Source of the DNA: an uncultured Gammaproteobacteria bacterium
Lineage (GTDB): Bacteria > Patescibacteriota > Microgenomatia > Levybacterales > GWA1-39-11
Length of the DNA stretch: 64,000 nucleotides
Assembly (NCBI GenBank): GCA_964409875.1
Contig: CAYPEN010000003.1
Span: 64,557-128,556 of the forward strand
Direction: 5' to 3'
Position numbers and translations under genes: made by a program. Shown one piece after another: positions 1 to 11,246 of the stretch. Each line of letters begins with the position of its first letter. Positions within the stretch are counted from its first letter, which is position 1. The notes beneath the pieces are model-generated. The model did no database searches and was not told the DNA's origin. It saw only the letters and a program-made list of their open reading frames with translations.

Positions 1-189
1 TTATTCCCTGCAGATATAATTTCCCGGGTAAGAGCAGTTATTTCATCTGCATAAGGCTTATTGCTCTGTGTTGCGTTTTGAGCTTTCTTTATCTTTGCGG
101 CAGCAATCATCTCGAGCGCCTTTGCTATTTGAGAAATATTTTTTGAGGTCTTTATCCTTCTTTTTAAAAGTTGTAAATTTTGCGCCATG
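1..189 (-). CDS. atpG: F0F1 ATP synthase gamma subunit, N-terminal part (gene runs off window edge)
   Basis: Minus-strand translation from the ATG whose complement is at 187-189 gives MAQNLQLLKRRIKTSKNISQIAKALEMIAAAKIKKAQ..., a typical gamma N-terminus. It lies immediately downstream of atpA. Confidence 0.8.
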
Positions 190-214
190 TTATTTTCGTG
201 AAATTATCGCGGCA

Positions 215-1729
215 TTATTTTATTGTTTTTTTGAAATTCTCAATGGCGGATTTTAATTCAGATGTTGTTTTTTCGTCCATTTTGTCCCCTGTTTTAAGTT
301 TTTGTATAAGTTTTTTGTCCTTGACTGTTATAAAGTCCACAACTTTTTCTTCAAATTGCGCAATCTTATCAATTGGAAAATCATCCAATAAACCGGTTGC
401 TGCAGCATAAATGCTGATGACCTCCTCAAATTCGGCCATTGGACGGTACTGCGGTTGTTTGAGAATTTCAGCGACTCTTTTTCCTCGCTCAATGCGTCTT
501 AGCGTTTCTTCATCCAAATCACTTCCGAATTGAGCAAATGCTGCAAGCTCTCTGTATTGTGCACTTTCAAGTCGTAGTGGGCCGGCTATTTGTTTCATGA
601 TTTTTGTCTGAGCTGCTCCTCCTACTCGGGAAACTGAGAGACCAGTATTGATGGCCGGTCTAATTCCGGAATTAAAAAGGTCATTTTCAAGATAAATCTG
701 ACCGTCAGTTATCGAGATGACGTTAGTTGGAATATATGCCGAGCTATCTGCTGCTTGTGTTTCAATAATGGGAAGTGCAGTAAGAGAGCCACCACCCAAT
801 GTGTCGTTCATACGAGAGGCGCGCTCTAAAATTCTAGAGTGGAGGTAAAAAATATCTCCGGGATATGCTTCACGGCCGGCAGGTCTTTTCAAGAGCAGTG
901 AAATCTGCCGGTATGCCCATGCGTGTTTTGAAAAATCATCAAACACGACAAGTACATCTTCCCCCTTGTCCATGAAATATTCACCGATTGCAGTTGCTGC
1001 AAAGGGAGCCAGATACTGGAGAGCCGCAGAGTCGGACGCAGAAGCAGCAACAACGATGGTGTAATCCATTGCGCCTTCTTCTGTGAGTTTTCCTATAATC
1101 CGGGCGATATTGCTCCTTTTTTGTCCAATAGCACAATAGATACAAATAACACGCTTAAGTCCAAGGTCGTTCTTCTTTTGGTTAATAATTGTGTCAATGG
1201 CAATTGCTGTTTTACCTGTATTCCGGTCCCCAATGATAAGCTCCCTTTGTCCCCGGCCGATAGGCGTCATACTGTCAATTGCTTTAATCCCAGTTTTGAG
1301 AGGGGTATCAACCGGTTGCCTTTCTACCACACCCGGAGCAATCTTTTCTAAGGGATAGAGGGTACCTTTAGGAGATAGCTTTTTTCCATCAAGAGGGGAA
1401 AGGAGAGGATCAGCAACGCGACCGATAAGCTCATCACTTCCAGTAATTCCCAAAATTCTTCCGGTTGTTTTAACTGTTTCACCTTCTTTTATCTCAAGGG
1501 TGTCGGAAAGAAGAATGATAGAGGTAAAGTCCTCATTGAGGTTAAATGCGAGTCCGAGCGCACCATTCTCAAAGACAACTTCCTCACCAAATCCTACTTT
1601 TGATAATCCGGTTGCTTGAATGATTCCATCTCCCACGCTGTCAACAACTCCCACATTTTCTGTTTTAGGACTTAAGTGGACTGTTGATAGTTTTTTTTCA
1701 ATTTGTTTTATTAGTTCTTCCTGTTTCAT
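215..1729 (-). CDS. atpA: F0F1 ATP synthase alpha subunit
   Basis: 504 aa. P-loop GDRNTGKT and strong alpha-subunit similarity throughout. Follows atpH in the operon. Confidence 0.95.
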   Translation of the reverse strand: MKQEELIKQIEKKLSTVHLSPKTENVGVVDSVGDGIIQATGLSKVGFGEEVVFENGALGLAFNLNEDFTSIILLSDTLEIKEGETVKTTGRILGITGSDELIGRVADPLLSPLDGKKLSPKGTLYPLEKIAPGVVERQPVDTPLKTGIKAIDSMTPIGRGQRELIIGDRNTGKTAIAIDTIINQKKNDLGLKRVICIYCAIGQKRSNIARIIGKLTEEGAMDYTIVVAASASDSAALQYLAPFAATAIGEYFMDKGEDVLVVFDDFSKHAWAYRQISLLLKRPAGREAYPGDIFYLHSRILERASRMNDTLGGGSLTALPIIETQAADSSAYIPTNVISITDGQIYLENDLFNSGIRPAINTGLSVSRVGGAAQTKIMKQIAGPLRLESAQYRELAAFAQFGSDLDEETLRRIERGKRVAEILKQPQYRPMAEFEEVISIYAAATGLLDDFPIDKIAQFEEKVVDFITVKDKKLIQKLKTGDKMDEKTTSELKSAIENFKKTIK

Positions 1730-1734
1730 AAATT

Positions 1735-2085
1735 CTAATTTTTCAATTTTTCAATTGTATCATCAATATATTTTTTGAAAGTAAAATCGGTAATGGTATC
1801 ATTTTGTTTGATTCTTATCCCTCCACCGAGTGCTTTATCTGTTGATAAGATAAGCTCTTTGTCCTTAAATTGTGGGAGAAGTTTTGTAATTTCGCTCTTC
1901 GGAATATCGGTTGATGTAGCAATATATACTCTTTTTTTATCTAACGCACTTTTATAATTTCTTAGAAAATCTTTCAATTCTTGTTTTGTCAGAACCTCAA
2001 GAACAAATTGTTCAATATCAGCAGGAATTGAATCGTTTCCAGCTGCAAGTTGTGCTAATTTTTTAATTTTCTGCTTTGTAACCAT
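1735..2085 (-). CDS. atpH: ATP synthase delta (OSCP) subunit
   Basis: OSCP-like C-terminus (ALGGGIRIKQNDTITDFTFK). The ORF extends to 2166, but the start at MVTKQ (2085) avoids overlap with atpF. Confidence 0.75.
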   Translation of the reverse strand: MVTKQKIKKLAQLAAGNDSIPADIEQFVLEVLTKQELKDFLRNYKSALDKKRVYIATSTDIPKSEITKLLPQFKDKELILSTDKALGGGIRIKQNDTITDFTFKKYIDDTIEKLKN

Positions 2086-2086
2086 A

Positions 2087-2587
2087 TTATGCTGACTTAA
2101 TTTTTTGTACTCCTTTTTTGATAAGTTCTTCCTGTTCCTTTTTGTCGAAGAGGCCAATGATAGCATTCTCTAAAATTTGTCTTGATATTTCAAGCGACAT
2201 ATCTTTTGCTTCAGTCCTGAATTGAGTTCTCTCAAGCTCAATTTGTTCTTTTGTCTGAATCATCATTTTTTCGACTTCTTTTTTGGTTTCATCCATTATC
2301 TTTTCCCGGCTTTCTTGGGCATGTTGTTTTGCCTCTTCGAGAATTCTTTCTGCTTCTCTGCCTGCTTTATTTAATATTTCGTCACTCTTGTTTTGTGCCT
2401 TTTCTAAAGCCGCAGCAGCATCTTCAGCATCTTTGACGCCCTTTTTTATAAGTTTGTTGCGGTTGTGCAAGGTATTGAGTATCGGCTTGTATAAGAACCG
2501 TTTAAACACATACGCAATCACCAAAAAATTAATTATTTGTGCAACAAATAATTTTATGTCAAATCCAAATTGATTTAATATTTCCAT
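2087..2587 (-). CDS. atpF: ATP synthase F0 subunit b
   Basis: 166 aa with an N-terminal TM helix then a long charged coiled coil. Sits between atpE and atpH. Confidence 0.8.
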   Translation of the reverse strand: MEILNQFGFDIKLFVAQIINFLVIAYVFKRFLYKPILNTLHNRNKLIKKGVKDAEDAAAALEKAQNKSDEILNKAGREAERILEEAKQHAQESREKIMDETKKEVEKMMIQTKEQIELERTQFRTEAKDMSLEISRQILENAIIGLFDKKEQEELIKKGVQKIKSA

Positions 2588-2613
2588 AGTTTTGAATGGA
2601 ATGGTTTATTCTC

Positions 2614-3631
<1,018 letters not shown>

Positions 3632-3649
3632 ACAGAAAACAAAAAGAGA

Positions 3650-6600
3650 TTAATTGAGTATTCGGACTCCTTCAACAATTATAACCGGAATTTCTTCTTT
3701 GAAATCCAGCTTGCCTTCAACTACAACTATCGCGTCTTTGACAAGGTATTGCTTGGCTCGCTCATAGGTTTTCGGAAAAACGACACATTCAATACTAACC
3801 CCCACATGATCCTCAAGCGTCACGAATGCCATTTCTTCGTTGGAGCGCTTAGTGAAAATCTTTTTTACGGTTGAAACCAATCCGCCTATTTTTACTCTGG
3901 TTCCGTTTTTTCCTTCGGCAAGCTCGGATATTTTATGGGTCGCAAAGGTAAAGAGAGTATTGAGCTTTTGGTTAAGAGGGTGGTCTGAGAGAAAAAAACC
4001 GAGCAGCTCTCTTTCAAAGGCCAGCTTCTCGCTGTCAGTGAAGTCTTCAATATCTAGAATATCATTTTCCGAGAATGTCTTCGGGGCTACTTGCGGTATG
4101 TCACCAAAAAGGCTGATTTGATTTACTGGTTTTTTTGTAGGCTTTTTTGTAATAGATGAAACAATGTCTGATATGGAAGAAAGAAGTGCAGCCCTTTTCC
4201 CGAAATCATCGAAAGCTCCAGCTTTAATAAGGCTTTCCAACGTTTTTTTATTGACTTTTGCAAGGTCTACTCTCGAGCAAAAATCACCCATATTTTTAAA
4301 TTCTCCGCTACTTCTTGCTTCAAGAATGGTTGAAATGGCTGCGCTTCCTACATTCTTAACAGCTGAAAGACCGAAACGCACCTTGTTATCCTCAATTGAA
4401 AAATCTTGCTGTGAGCGATTAATATTCGGACCCAGAACATCTATCTTTAGCCTTCGACATTCTGCAACCGCTATCGATATCTTCTCGTTTTTCTGCGGAC
4501 CGGTCGTTCCTCTCGATTCGGCAGTAAGTAACGCTGTCATAAATTCAACCGGAAAGTGGGCTTTCAAATATGCGGTTCTGAAGGCAATTGTGGCATAACA
4601 GGATGCATGAGCCTTGTTGAATCCGTACCCGGCAAATGGTGCTATTAATTCAAAAATTTCTTCTGCCTTTTTTTGTGAGAGACCATTTTTGACAGCCCCT
4701 TGCAGAAAAATCTCTTTTTGTTTTTTCATCTCCGCAGGAATTTTCTTTCCCATCGCCTTCCGGAATTTGTCTGCATCAAGCCATGTGTATCCGGCAAGTG
4801 CTATTGTGGTGAGCAATACGTCGTCCTGGTAGGTCAGAATACCATATGAATTTGCAAGAATCTCTTTTAAGCGTGGGTCGGGAAAAGTTATTTTTGTTGG
4901 GTCATGTTTTCTGGCGATAAAGTCCGGTATATTTTGCATCGGACCCGGCCGGTATAAAGCAACCATCGCCATGACGTCAAATATTGTTGTAGGTTTTAAT
5001 TCCTTTATGTACCGTCTCATGCCCGCAGACTCAAGCTGAAATATGCCTGTTGTCTCTCCGCTGGCAAGAAGAGCATAGGTAGGAGGGTCATCATAAGAAA
5101 TTTTTTGAAAATCTATATCTTTGCCTTGATTTTCTTTAATAAATCGCAACGCTTCCTGGATAATCGTCAAATTCCGAAGTCCCAAAAAATCCATTTTTAA
5201 TAGTCCGACTCCGTCTTCGCCGACTGTATACATGTCGTATTGGGTTACGATTTTGTCTCCATTGGTCTCTTTCTGAAGGGGTACGTATTCTGTCAAATCC
5301 TTATCCGCAATAACTACTCCAGCTGCATGGACTGATGCGTGTCGTGCAACGCCATTCAATTTTTTTGCCAAATCCAAAAGTCTTTTTGTTTCCGGTTCGG
5401 TTGTGTATGCAGTTTTCAAATCGGGACTTTGGGTAAGGGCCAGGTCAATTGTCATGTGGTGTCCCTGCCAGCCGGGGGGTATCATTTTAGAAATCCTATC
5501 CGGTTGCGCGTAGGGCATTCCCAATGCCCGTCCAGCATCCCTTACGCTACCTCTAGCTTCCATAGTTCCAAATGTAATAATTTGTGCAACTTTATCTTTC
5601 CCGTATTTTTCAGTAACGTACTCGATAACTTCGTCGCGTCTGGTGTCCGCAAAATCCAAATCTATATCGGGAGCGGATGGACGCTCAGGATTCAAAAACC
5701 GTTCAAAAGGAAGATTAAAATAGAAAGGATCAACGTCGGTTATTCTTAATATATATGAAACAACAGAGCCCGCTGCGGAGCCTCTTCCTGGACCCACGCT
5801 TATGCCATGGTCCTTTGCCCAGTTCACAAAATCAGCAACTGTCAAAAAATAAGTCTCATATCCCTTTTTGAGAATGATATCTATCTCGTATTCAACCCGG
5901 TCATAAATTTTTTTGTCCGCATTAGGATATCGAAGCGGTAGTCTTTCTTTGATAAGTTTTTTGAAATATTCAGCAGGGGTAAGTCCCTCAGGTACTGCAT
6001 ATTGAGGCATTATCCATTTTCCAAGGGTTAATTCCAAGTTGCACATATCAGCAATTTTTACTGAATTGGAAATTGCTTCTGGGAGATCGGAAAAATTTTT
6101 TGCCATTTCATCAGCGGATTTTATGTAAAAATCAGGCGAATCAATCATTGAAAGTTTTCTATTTTCATCATTTATTGTTGTTTGCGTACCTATGCAAAGC
6201 AATATTTCTTGTGCTTCCGCATCGTCCTTTTCGATGTAGTGGTTGTCATTTGTAGCGACCAGTCCGACCTCGAATTCTTTTGAGAGGGTAATAAGTTTTT
6301 GGTTTAACTCTTCTTGTGGAGGGACTTTTATGTGCCGTTGGATTTCAAGAAATAAGTTATCTTTGCCATAAATATCGATAAGTTTTTCAAGTCGTTCTTT
6401 TGCAAGCTTTTCGTTTCCGTCAACTAAAGGTTCCCCGACAAAACCATTTACACATGCGGTTAAGCAAATGAGCCCTCCGCTGTATTTCTTTAAAAGGTTG
6501 ATGTCAGTTCTAGGTTTGTAATAGAACCCTTCTAAGTGCGAAATAGTTATTATTTTCATCAGATTTTTATAGCCGGTTAAGTCTTTTGCCAGCAATATGA

Positions 6601-6865
6601 GATGGTTATAGTCTTTATCTACCCCTGCTTCTTTGTCATGAAGGTTGCGTTTTGCAACATATATTTCGCATCCGATGATAGGTTTTACTCCCTCGCTCAA
6701 GCATTTTTTGTAAAACTTAATCGCACCGTATAAATTCCCGTGGTCTGTAATGGCAATTGAGTTCATGCCCAATTTTTTGGCATGCTCGATCATCGGGTCG
6801 ATACGGGAAAGACCGTCAAGCAACGAATATTCGGAATGGTTATGAAGGTGAACAAAATCTGCCAT
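3650..6865 (-). CDS. dnaE: DNA polymerase III alpha subunit
   Basis: 1071 aa. N-terminal PHP domain (HLHNHSEYSLLDG), Pol III alpha core and an OB-fold C-terminus. Confidence 0.95.
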   Translation of the reverse strand: MADFVHLHNHSEYSLLDGLSRIDPMIEHAKKLGMNSIAITDHGNLYGAIKFYKKCLSEGVKPIIGCEIYVAKRNLHDKEAGVDKDYNHLILLAKDLTGYKNLMKIITISHLEGFYYKPRTDINLLKKYSGGLICLTACVNGFVGEPLVDGNEKLAKERLEKLIDIYGKDNLFLEIQRHIKVPPQEELNQKLITLSKEFEVGLVATNDNHYIEKDDAEAQEILLCIGTQTTINDENRKLSMIDSPDFYIKSADEMAKNFSDLPEAISNSVKIADMCNLELTLGKWIMPQYAVPEGLTPAEYFKKLIKERLPLRYPNADKKIYDRVEYEIDIILKKGYETYFLTVADFVNWAKDHGISVGPGRGSAAGSVVSYILRITDVDPFYFNLPFERFLNPERPSAPDIDLDFADTRRDEVIEYVTEKYGKDKVAQIITFGTMEARGSVRDAGRALGMPYAQPDRISKMIPPGWQGHHMTIDLALTQSPDLKTAYTTEPETKRLLDLAKKLNGVARHASVHAAGVVIADKDLTEYVPLQKETNGDKIVTQYDMYTVGEDGVGLLKMDFLGLRNLTIIQEALRFIKENQGKDIDFQKISYDDPPTYALLASGETTGIFQLESAGMRRYIKELKPTTIFDVMAMVALYRPGPMQNIPDFIARKHDPTKITFPDPRLKEILANSYGILTYQDDVLLTTIALAGYTWLDADKFRKAMGKKIPAEMKKQKEIFLQGAVKNGLSQKKAEEIFELIAPFAGYGFNKAHASCYATIAFRTAYLKAHFPVEFMTALLTAESRGTTGPQKNEKISIAVAECRRLKIDVLGPNINRSQQDFSIEDNKVRFGLSAVKNVGSAAISTILEARSSGEFKNMGDFCSRVDLAKVNKKTLESLIKAGAFDDFGKRAALLSSISDIVSSITKKPTKKPVNQISLFGDIPQVAPKTFSENDILDIEDFTDSEKLAFERELLGFFLSDHPLNQKLNTLFTFATHKISELAEGKNGTRVKIGGLVSTVKKIFTKRSNEEMAFVTLEDHVGVSIECVVFPKTYERAKQYLVKDAIVVVEGKLDFKEEIPVIIVEGVRILN

Positions 6866-6870
6866 AAATT

Positions 6871-7401
6871 TTAAGCCACTTTTGAGTCTAAATTATTAAA
6901 TAATGTCACAAACGGTGGGTTTATCCGTGCACCGGTCTGGTGGCATAGTATCTCAATTGGTACCCCTCCATTTTTAGGAATTACTTTTACCATACCATCA
7001 TTGGCAGCCATCCATTCGTGTTCGGGGTCTGGGTGTGGTGGATCTGTCTCAACACCAAAACTCTCATCTTCGTTAATTGATCCAACTGCTTTACCAACTA
7101 CTTCTTGCCACCTCTGAAATTGCTTTTGATACCTTTCAAGCAAGGGAAGAGAGACTAAGTCGCTATTGTCTATATCAAATCCTACTCTTACGTCCACATC
7201 TTTTCTCTTGTCAGGCTGTTCTTTTACTACAGTTCCGCCTACTGCAAGCATAAATCCGCTTATTCCAAGCTTTTTTGTTGTTTGCATTAATGCATCGCGC
7301 AATGTGGAAACGTTTCTCTTGTTGTCTTCTCCTATGCTGGTGAGGTATGTTTCAGGGTCCCTTTCTTGGGAACTTACTACTATTTCTTGGCTTTCACTCA
7401 T
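6871..7401 (-). CDS. Hypothetical protein (possible minimal nucleotidyltransferase-like GS..DxD motif)
   Basis: 176 aa. GISGFMLAVGG...DVDVRV resembles a nucleotidyltransferase motif, but I recognise no clear family. Confidence 0.5.
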   Translation of the reverse strand: MSESQEIVVSSQERDPETYLTSIGEDNKRNVSTLRDALMQTTKKLGISGFMLAVGGTVVKEQPDKRKDVDVRVGFDIDNSDLVSLPLLERYQKQFQRWQEVVGKAVGSINEDESFGVETDPPHPDPEHEWMAANDGMVKVIPKNGGVPIEILCHQTGARINPPFVTLFNNLDSKVA

Positions 7402-7405
7402 TAAA

Positions 7406-8737
7406 TTATTCTAGCATCTCAAGAAGCTTTTTTCTAATTTGCTCCGTGTCTTTTGCATCGGGCAATACTTTCTTTGTCTGGCCTATAAAAAAGCCCAAAA
7501 GTTGCGTTTTGCCTGATTTATAGTCGTTAACGGCCTTTCCGTTTTCGGACAGAATCTTTGAAATAGTATCGGCAAGAACACTTTCATCAACTTTGGCAAC
7601 AGTGCTTTGCTCGACAATTTGTCTAACGAGTCCCGCAGGCTCCAATTCTTCGAGGTTTGGTTTTTTGTTGATAATAAAATTCGCTATAGCAACTGCACCG
7701 ACATTGTGTTCCTTTCCTACACTTACTGCATCTTCAAAAAATTCACTTACTGTCTTATCCCTCGTTAAGATCTCGGCATTATAATCGGTCAAAAGAAATT
7801 CTGTCATAAATCTCTTCACTTTTGATTCCGGCAATTCGGGAATTTGTGACTTTATTTCTTCTACTTCGTTATTCGAAAACTCGATGGGTGGGATGTCTGG
7901 CTCCGGAAAATACCGGTAGTCATGTGCCTCCTCTTTTGAGCGCTGGCTAACCGTTTTGTTCTTAAACTCATTCCAGCCCCGCGTTTCCTGAACAGGCGTT
8001 TCTCCTTTGTCTAAAAGCTCTTTGTGACGTTTTTCTTCAAACTCGATTGCTTTCTCGACGAATTTGAATGAGTTGATATTTTTTACTTCGACTTTGTATT
8101 TCGCCAATTCTTTTTGCCCAATTGGACGAAGTGAGATATTCGGTTCAAGCCTCATGTGTCCCTTCTCCATGTCTGCGTCGCTCACATTAAGATAGCGGAT
8201 AATTTTCTGAAGTTCTGTTAGAAATATCCGTGCTTCTTTACCTGTTCTGATATCGGGTTCTGTGACGATTTCAACCAAAGGTACTCCTGACCTATTGAAA
8301 TCAATTAGTGACACTTCTTTCCCATCAACTGTTGAATGCGTCAGCTTTCCGGTATCTTCTTCCATGTGAACGCGGGTAATTCCGACTCGTTTGGTTTCAT
8401 TTCCAACATTTATATCCAAGTAGCCTTTTTCTCCAAAAGGATGAAGGTATTGGGAAGTCTGAAAGCCTTTTGCAAGGTCAGGATAGAAATAATTTTTCCT
8501 TTCAAAAAAAGAGTCGGTATTTATGGAGCAGTTAAGTGCAAGCCCTATTTTTATACAGTCTTCAACAGCCTGCTTGTTGGGGAAGGGGAGTGCGCCAGGA
8601 AGGCCTAAGCACACCGGGCATGTTCTTGTATTGGGTTGGTCTTGGAGTTTCGGAACGGCACAACGGCAAAACATCTTGCTTTGCGTTGATAATTCGACAT
8701 GTATTTCGAGACCGACTACTGTTTCGTATGTATTCAT
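7406..8737 (-). CDS. gatB: Asp-tRNA(Asn)/Glu-tRNA(Gln) amidotransferase subunit B
   Basis: Starts MNTYETVVGLEIHVEL... and matches GatB along its full length. Confidence 0.95.
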   Translation of the reverse strand: MNTYETVVGLEIHVELSTQSKMFCRCAVPKLQDQPNTRTCPVCLGLPGALPFPNKQAVEDCIKIGLALNCSINTDSFFERKNYFYPDLAKGFQTSQYLHPFGEKGYLDINVGNETKRVGITRVHMEEDTGKLTHSTVDGKEVSLIDFNRSGVPLVEIVTEPDIRTGKEARIFLTELQKIIRYLNVSDADMEKGHMRLEPNISLRPIGQKELAKYKVEVKNINSFKFVEKAIEFEEKRHKELLDKGETPVQETRGWNEFKNKTVSQRSKEEAHDYRYFPEPDIPPIEFSNNEVEEIKSQIPELPESKVKRFMTEFLLTDYNAEILTRDKTVSEFFEDAVSVGKEHNVGAVAIANFIINKKPNLEELEPAGLVRQIVEQSTVAKVDESVLADTISKILSENGKAVNDYKSGKTQLLGFFIGQTKKVLPDAKDTEQIRKKLLEMLE

Positions 8738-10137
8738 ATTTTTGGTGTTTGTTTGTAAAATTGGGTTTCTTGCTCAAAAGCGTGTCCAACTTGAAAAAGT
8801 AAAGATTCCGAAAAATGCGGGCCAACAAATTGGATTCCGATAGGAAGACTGTCTTTTGAAAAACCGGCGGGCACAGCAAGTCCGGGAACACCTGCTAAAT
8901 TTATTGTTACAGTTAAAGCGTCTGACAAGTACATTGCCAGCGGGTCATTCGCTTTTTCGCCAAATTTCCATGGTGGAGTAGGAGAGACAGGACTAACCAA
9001 AACGTCAACACTTTTAAATGCTTCATCGAAATCTTGTTTAATTAGTGTTCTTACCTGCATCGCTTTTTTGTAGTACGCGTCATAATAGCCCGATGAAAGA
9101 GTAAATGTTCCAAGCATAATGCGCCTCTTTGCCTCTTTACCAAAATGGCTTCTGTCATTTCCGTACCGTATCCCATCATACCGCGCTAAATTTGAAGAAA
9201 CTTCGGATGGCTGGATGATGTAATATACGGCAATCCCCTCATCTGTATGAGGCAGCGAAACTTCGACAATTTCTGCCCCAAGTTTTTCAAGAGTTTTGAG
9301 TGTTTTTTCAAGAGTTTGTTTTACATCCTCAGACAAACCACTCGAAACGAATTCTTTAGGTACTCCAATTTTCAGCCCTTTAATTTCTTTTCCGATATTT
9401 ACGGTGTAATCTTCTTTTATTCTGTCTGCTGCTGTCGAATCGTACCCGTCATAGCCTGAGGTAATGTTTAAAATTTTTGCGCTATCCTCAACTGTCCTTG
9501 AAAAATGGCCAATACTGTCCAATGATGAAGCCATGGAAATAACGCCATATCTTGAAACCAAGCCATATGTCGGTTTGAGTCCTACCGTATTTGTGAATGA
9601 TGCGGGAAGTCGGATAGAGCCACCGGTATCAGTACCGGTAGAAAATGGTACCATGCCAGAGGCGACCGATGCGCTCGAGCCAGATGACGAGCCGCCGGGA
9701 ACATAATCTATATTCCAGGGATTTAATGTATTCCCAAAATCACTGTTTTCACCGCTGGAGCCGTGCGCCCACGCGTCGTGGTTGAGTTTACCCAAAGATA
9801 TAGCTCCTGCTTCTTCCAATTTTGTAACAGCCGTTGATGAGTAGGGAGGGATGTAGTTTTCTAACACTTTTGAGGCCGCAGTTGTTCTCACTCCTTTTGT
9901 TAAAAACATGTCTTTGATTCCAAAAGGAATTCCATGAAGAGGGTTTGTTGCCTCTTTTCCGTCAAGCTCTTTTGCTTTCCTTTTTGCGTTCTCGGAGTCG
10001 ACGGTTAGAAATGCGTTTAGTTGCGGATTGAGTTTTTCTATTCTTTCTAAATATGCATTTACCACTTCGCCAACCGAAAACTTCTTGCTTTTATATCCTT
10101 CAATAATGTCTGTAATGGTAAAGTTATGTATTTCCAT
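8734..10137 (-). CDS. gatA: Asp-tRNA(Asn)/Glu-tRNA(Gln) amidotransferase subunit A
   Basis: Amidase signature GGSSSGSSASVASG. Overlaps gatB by 4 nt. Confidence 0.95.
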   Translation of the reverse strand: MEIHNFTITDIIEGYKSKKFSVGEVVNAYLERIEKLNPQLNAFLTVDSENAKRKAKELDGKEATNPLHGIPFGIKDMFLTKGVRTTAASKVLENYIPPYSSTAVTKLEEAGAISLGKLNHDAWAHGSSGENSDFGNTLNPWNIDYVPGGSSSGSSASVASGMVPFSTGTDTGGSIRLPASFTNTVGLKPTYGLVSRYGVISMASSLDSIGHFSRTVEDSAKILNITSGYDGYDSTAADRIKEDYTVNIGKEIKGLKIGVPKEFVSSGLSEDVKQTLEKTLKTLEKLGAEIVEVSLPHTDEGIAVYYIIQPSEVSSNLARYDGIRYGNDRSHFGKEAKRRIMLGTFTLSSGYYDAYYKKAMQVRTLIKQDFDEAFKSVDVLVSPVSPTPPWKFGEKANDPLAMYLSDALTVTINLAGVPGLAVPAGFSKDSLPIGIQFVGPHFSESLLFQVGHAFEQETQFYKQTPKI

Positions 10138-10424
10138 TATGTTGTGTCTACTAATTTGTCCACGACAAAAAGTCCATTGTGGGTATTATTGCCGCCAGAG
10201 AGCGCTTCGACTTGCGTAAGGCTGTCATCCGAAAAGTTATCGTTTCGGAGTCTATTTGTAAGGCCGGTCACCTGGGCTGTCGGCTCAATATGAGACGTAT
10301 CAACCGAATTTAGTTTTTCAATATATCCGACAACATCGTTTAACTGCTTGTCAAACTCTGTTTCTTCTTGAGGGGAAAGCGTTAAATTTGCCAGTTTTGC
10401 AACTTTTGTAACATCGATTTTCAT
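10137..10424 (-). CDS. gatC: Asp-tRNA(Asn)/Glu-tRNA(Gln) amidotransferase subunit C
   Basis: 95 aa with typical GatC sequence. Its 3' end overlaps gatA. Confidence 0.9.
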   Translation of the reverse strand: MKIDVTKVAKLANLTLSPQEETEFDKQLNDVVGYIEKLNSVDTSHIEPTAQVTGLTNRLRNDNFSDDSLTQVEALSGGNNTHNGLFVVDKLVDTT

Positions 10425-10463
10425 GCCTCTAAGTATAGCTTCTTGAGGCTAATCTTACAAGAG

Positions 10464-11246
10464 TTAATATGAAGTTTTAAGTCTTTTTAGCATCACCATT
10501 TTTGCTTTTTGTGAAAGTTCATCGTCAAATTTAATTGTTATGGTCTTGCTATATTTTTTCTCATACGCTTTTTTTAGCAAATAAACAGCCAATTCCGGAT
10601 TGGAGGGCAAAATGGGTCCGTGAAGGTAGGTTCCGATAGAGTTTTTATAATGTATCCCTTCGGTTTTGTCGTGTCCGTTGTTTCCGTATCCGACAACTAC
10701 TTTTGCAAATGCTTCGTCATGGTCTTTCAGAAAAGTCCTTCCGCCATGATTCTCAAACCCTACAAAGTATGTTTTTTTGCCTTCATCCAATGATGGTTTT
10801 ATTACAACATTTCCGATAAGTCTACTTTTGGTTTTGTAACTTTCGGTATACATATCAAAAACTCCAAGTCCTTCTATTTTTGTTCCATACGCATCTTTGT
10901 AATATTTACCTAAAAATTGGAATGCTCCACAAATATAAAGTCCAGGAGTGCCATCCTCAATCATTCGCTTTAGGGTTTCACTTTTGTTTTCTAATAAATC
11001 TTTATTGACTATTTCTTGTTGTAAGTCTTGTGCCCCGCCCATAAATATCAAATCACAAGAAGTCAGAAGTTGGGAGTTTGTAGTCTGGTTAATTCGTTCA
11101 ACCTTAAACGCAATTCCATTGTCTTCTGCTATTTTTTGTAGAACAATGATGTTTCCCCGGTCTCCATATGTAGACATGAGTTCGGGATAGAGCCAGCCAA
11201 TAGTCAGTGAGCGTTTAGGGTTTTGGGTATAGGGCTTAGTTGTCAT
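10464..11246 (-). CDS. gatD: Lipid II isoglutaminyl synthase, glutaminase subunit (CobQ/GATase1-like)
   Basis: About 260-aa GATase-like protein translationally coupled (4-nt overlap) to a MurT homolog. Confidence 0.75.
   Translation of the reverse strand: MTTKPYTQNPKRSLTIGWLYPELMSTYGDRGNIIVLQKIAEDNGIAFKVERINQTTNSQLLTSCDLIFMGGAQDLQQEIVNKDLLENKSETLKRMIEDGTPGLYICGAFQFLGKYYKDAYGTKIEGLGVFDMYTESYKTKSRLIGNVVIKPSLDEGKKTYFVGFENHGGRTFLKDHDEAFAKVVVGYGNNGHDKTEGIHYKNSIGTYLHGPILPSNPELAVYLLKKAYEKKYSKTITIKFDDELSQKAKMVMLKRLKTSY

Noticed and set aside
4164-4598. 144-aa plus-strand ORF inside dnaE (with similar antisense ORFs inside copA, murT, pyrG, uvrA and others)
   Set aside because: It is embedded antisense in a strongly supported long gene and has no homology features. 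These are typical shadow ORFs in an AT-rich genome.
8562-8891. 109-aa minus ORF and overlapping plus ORFs at the gatA/gatB junction
   Set aside because: Out-of-frame overlaps with the well-supported gatA and gatB genes; the peptides are low complexity.
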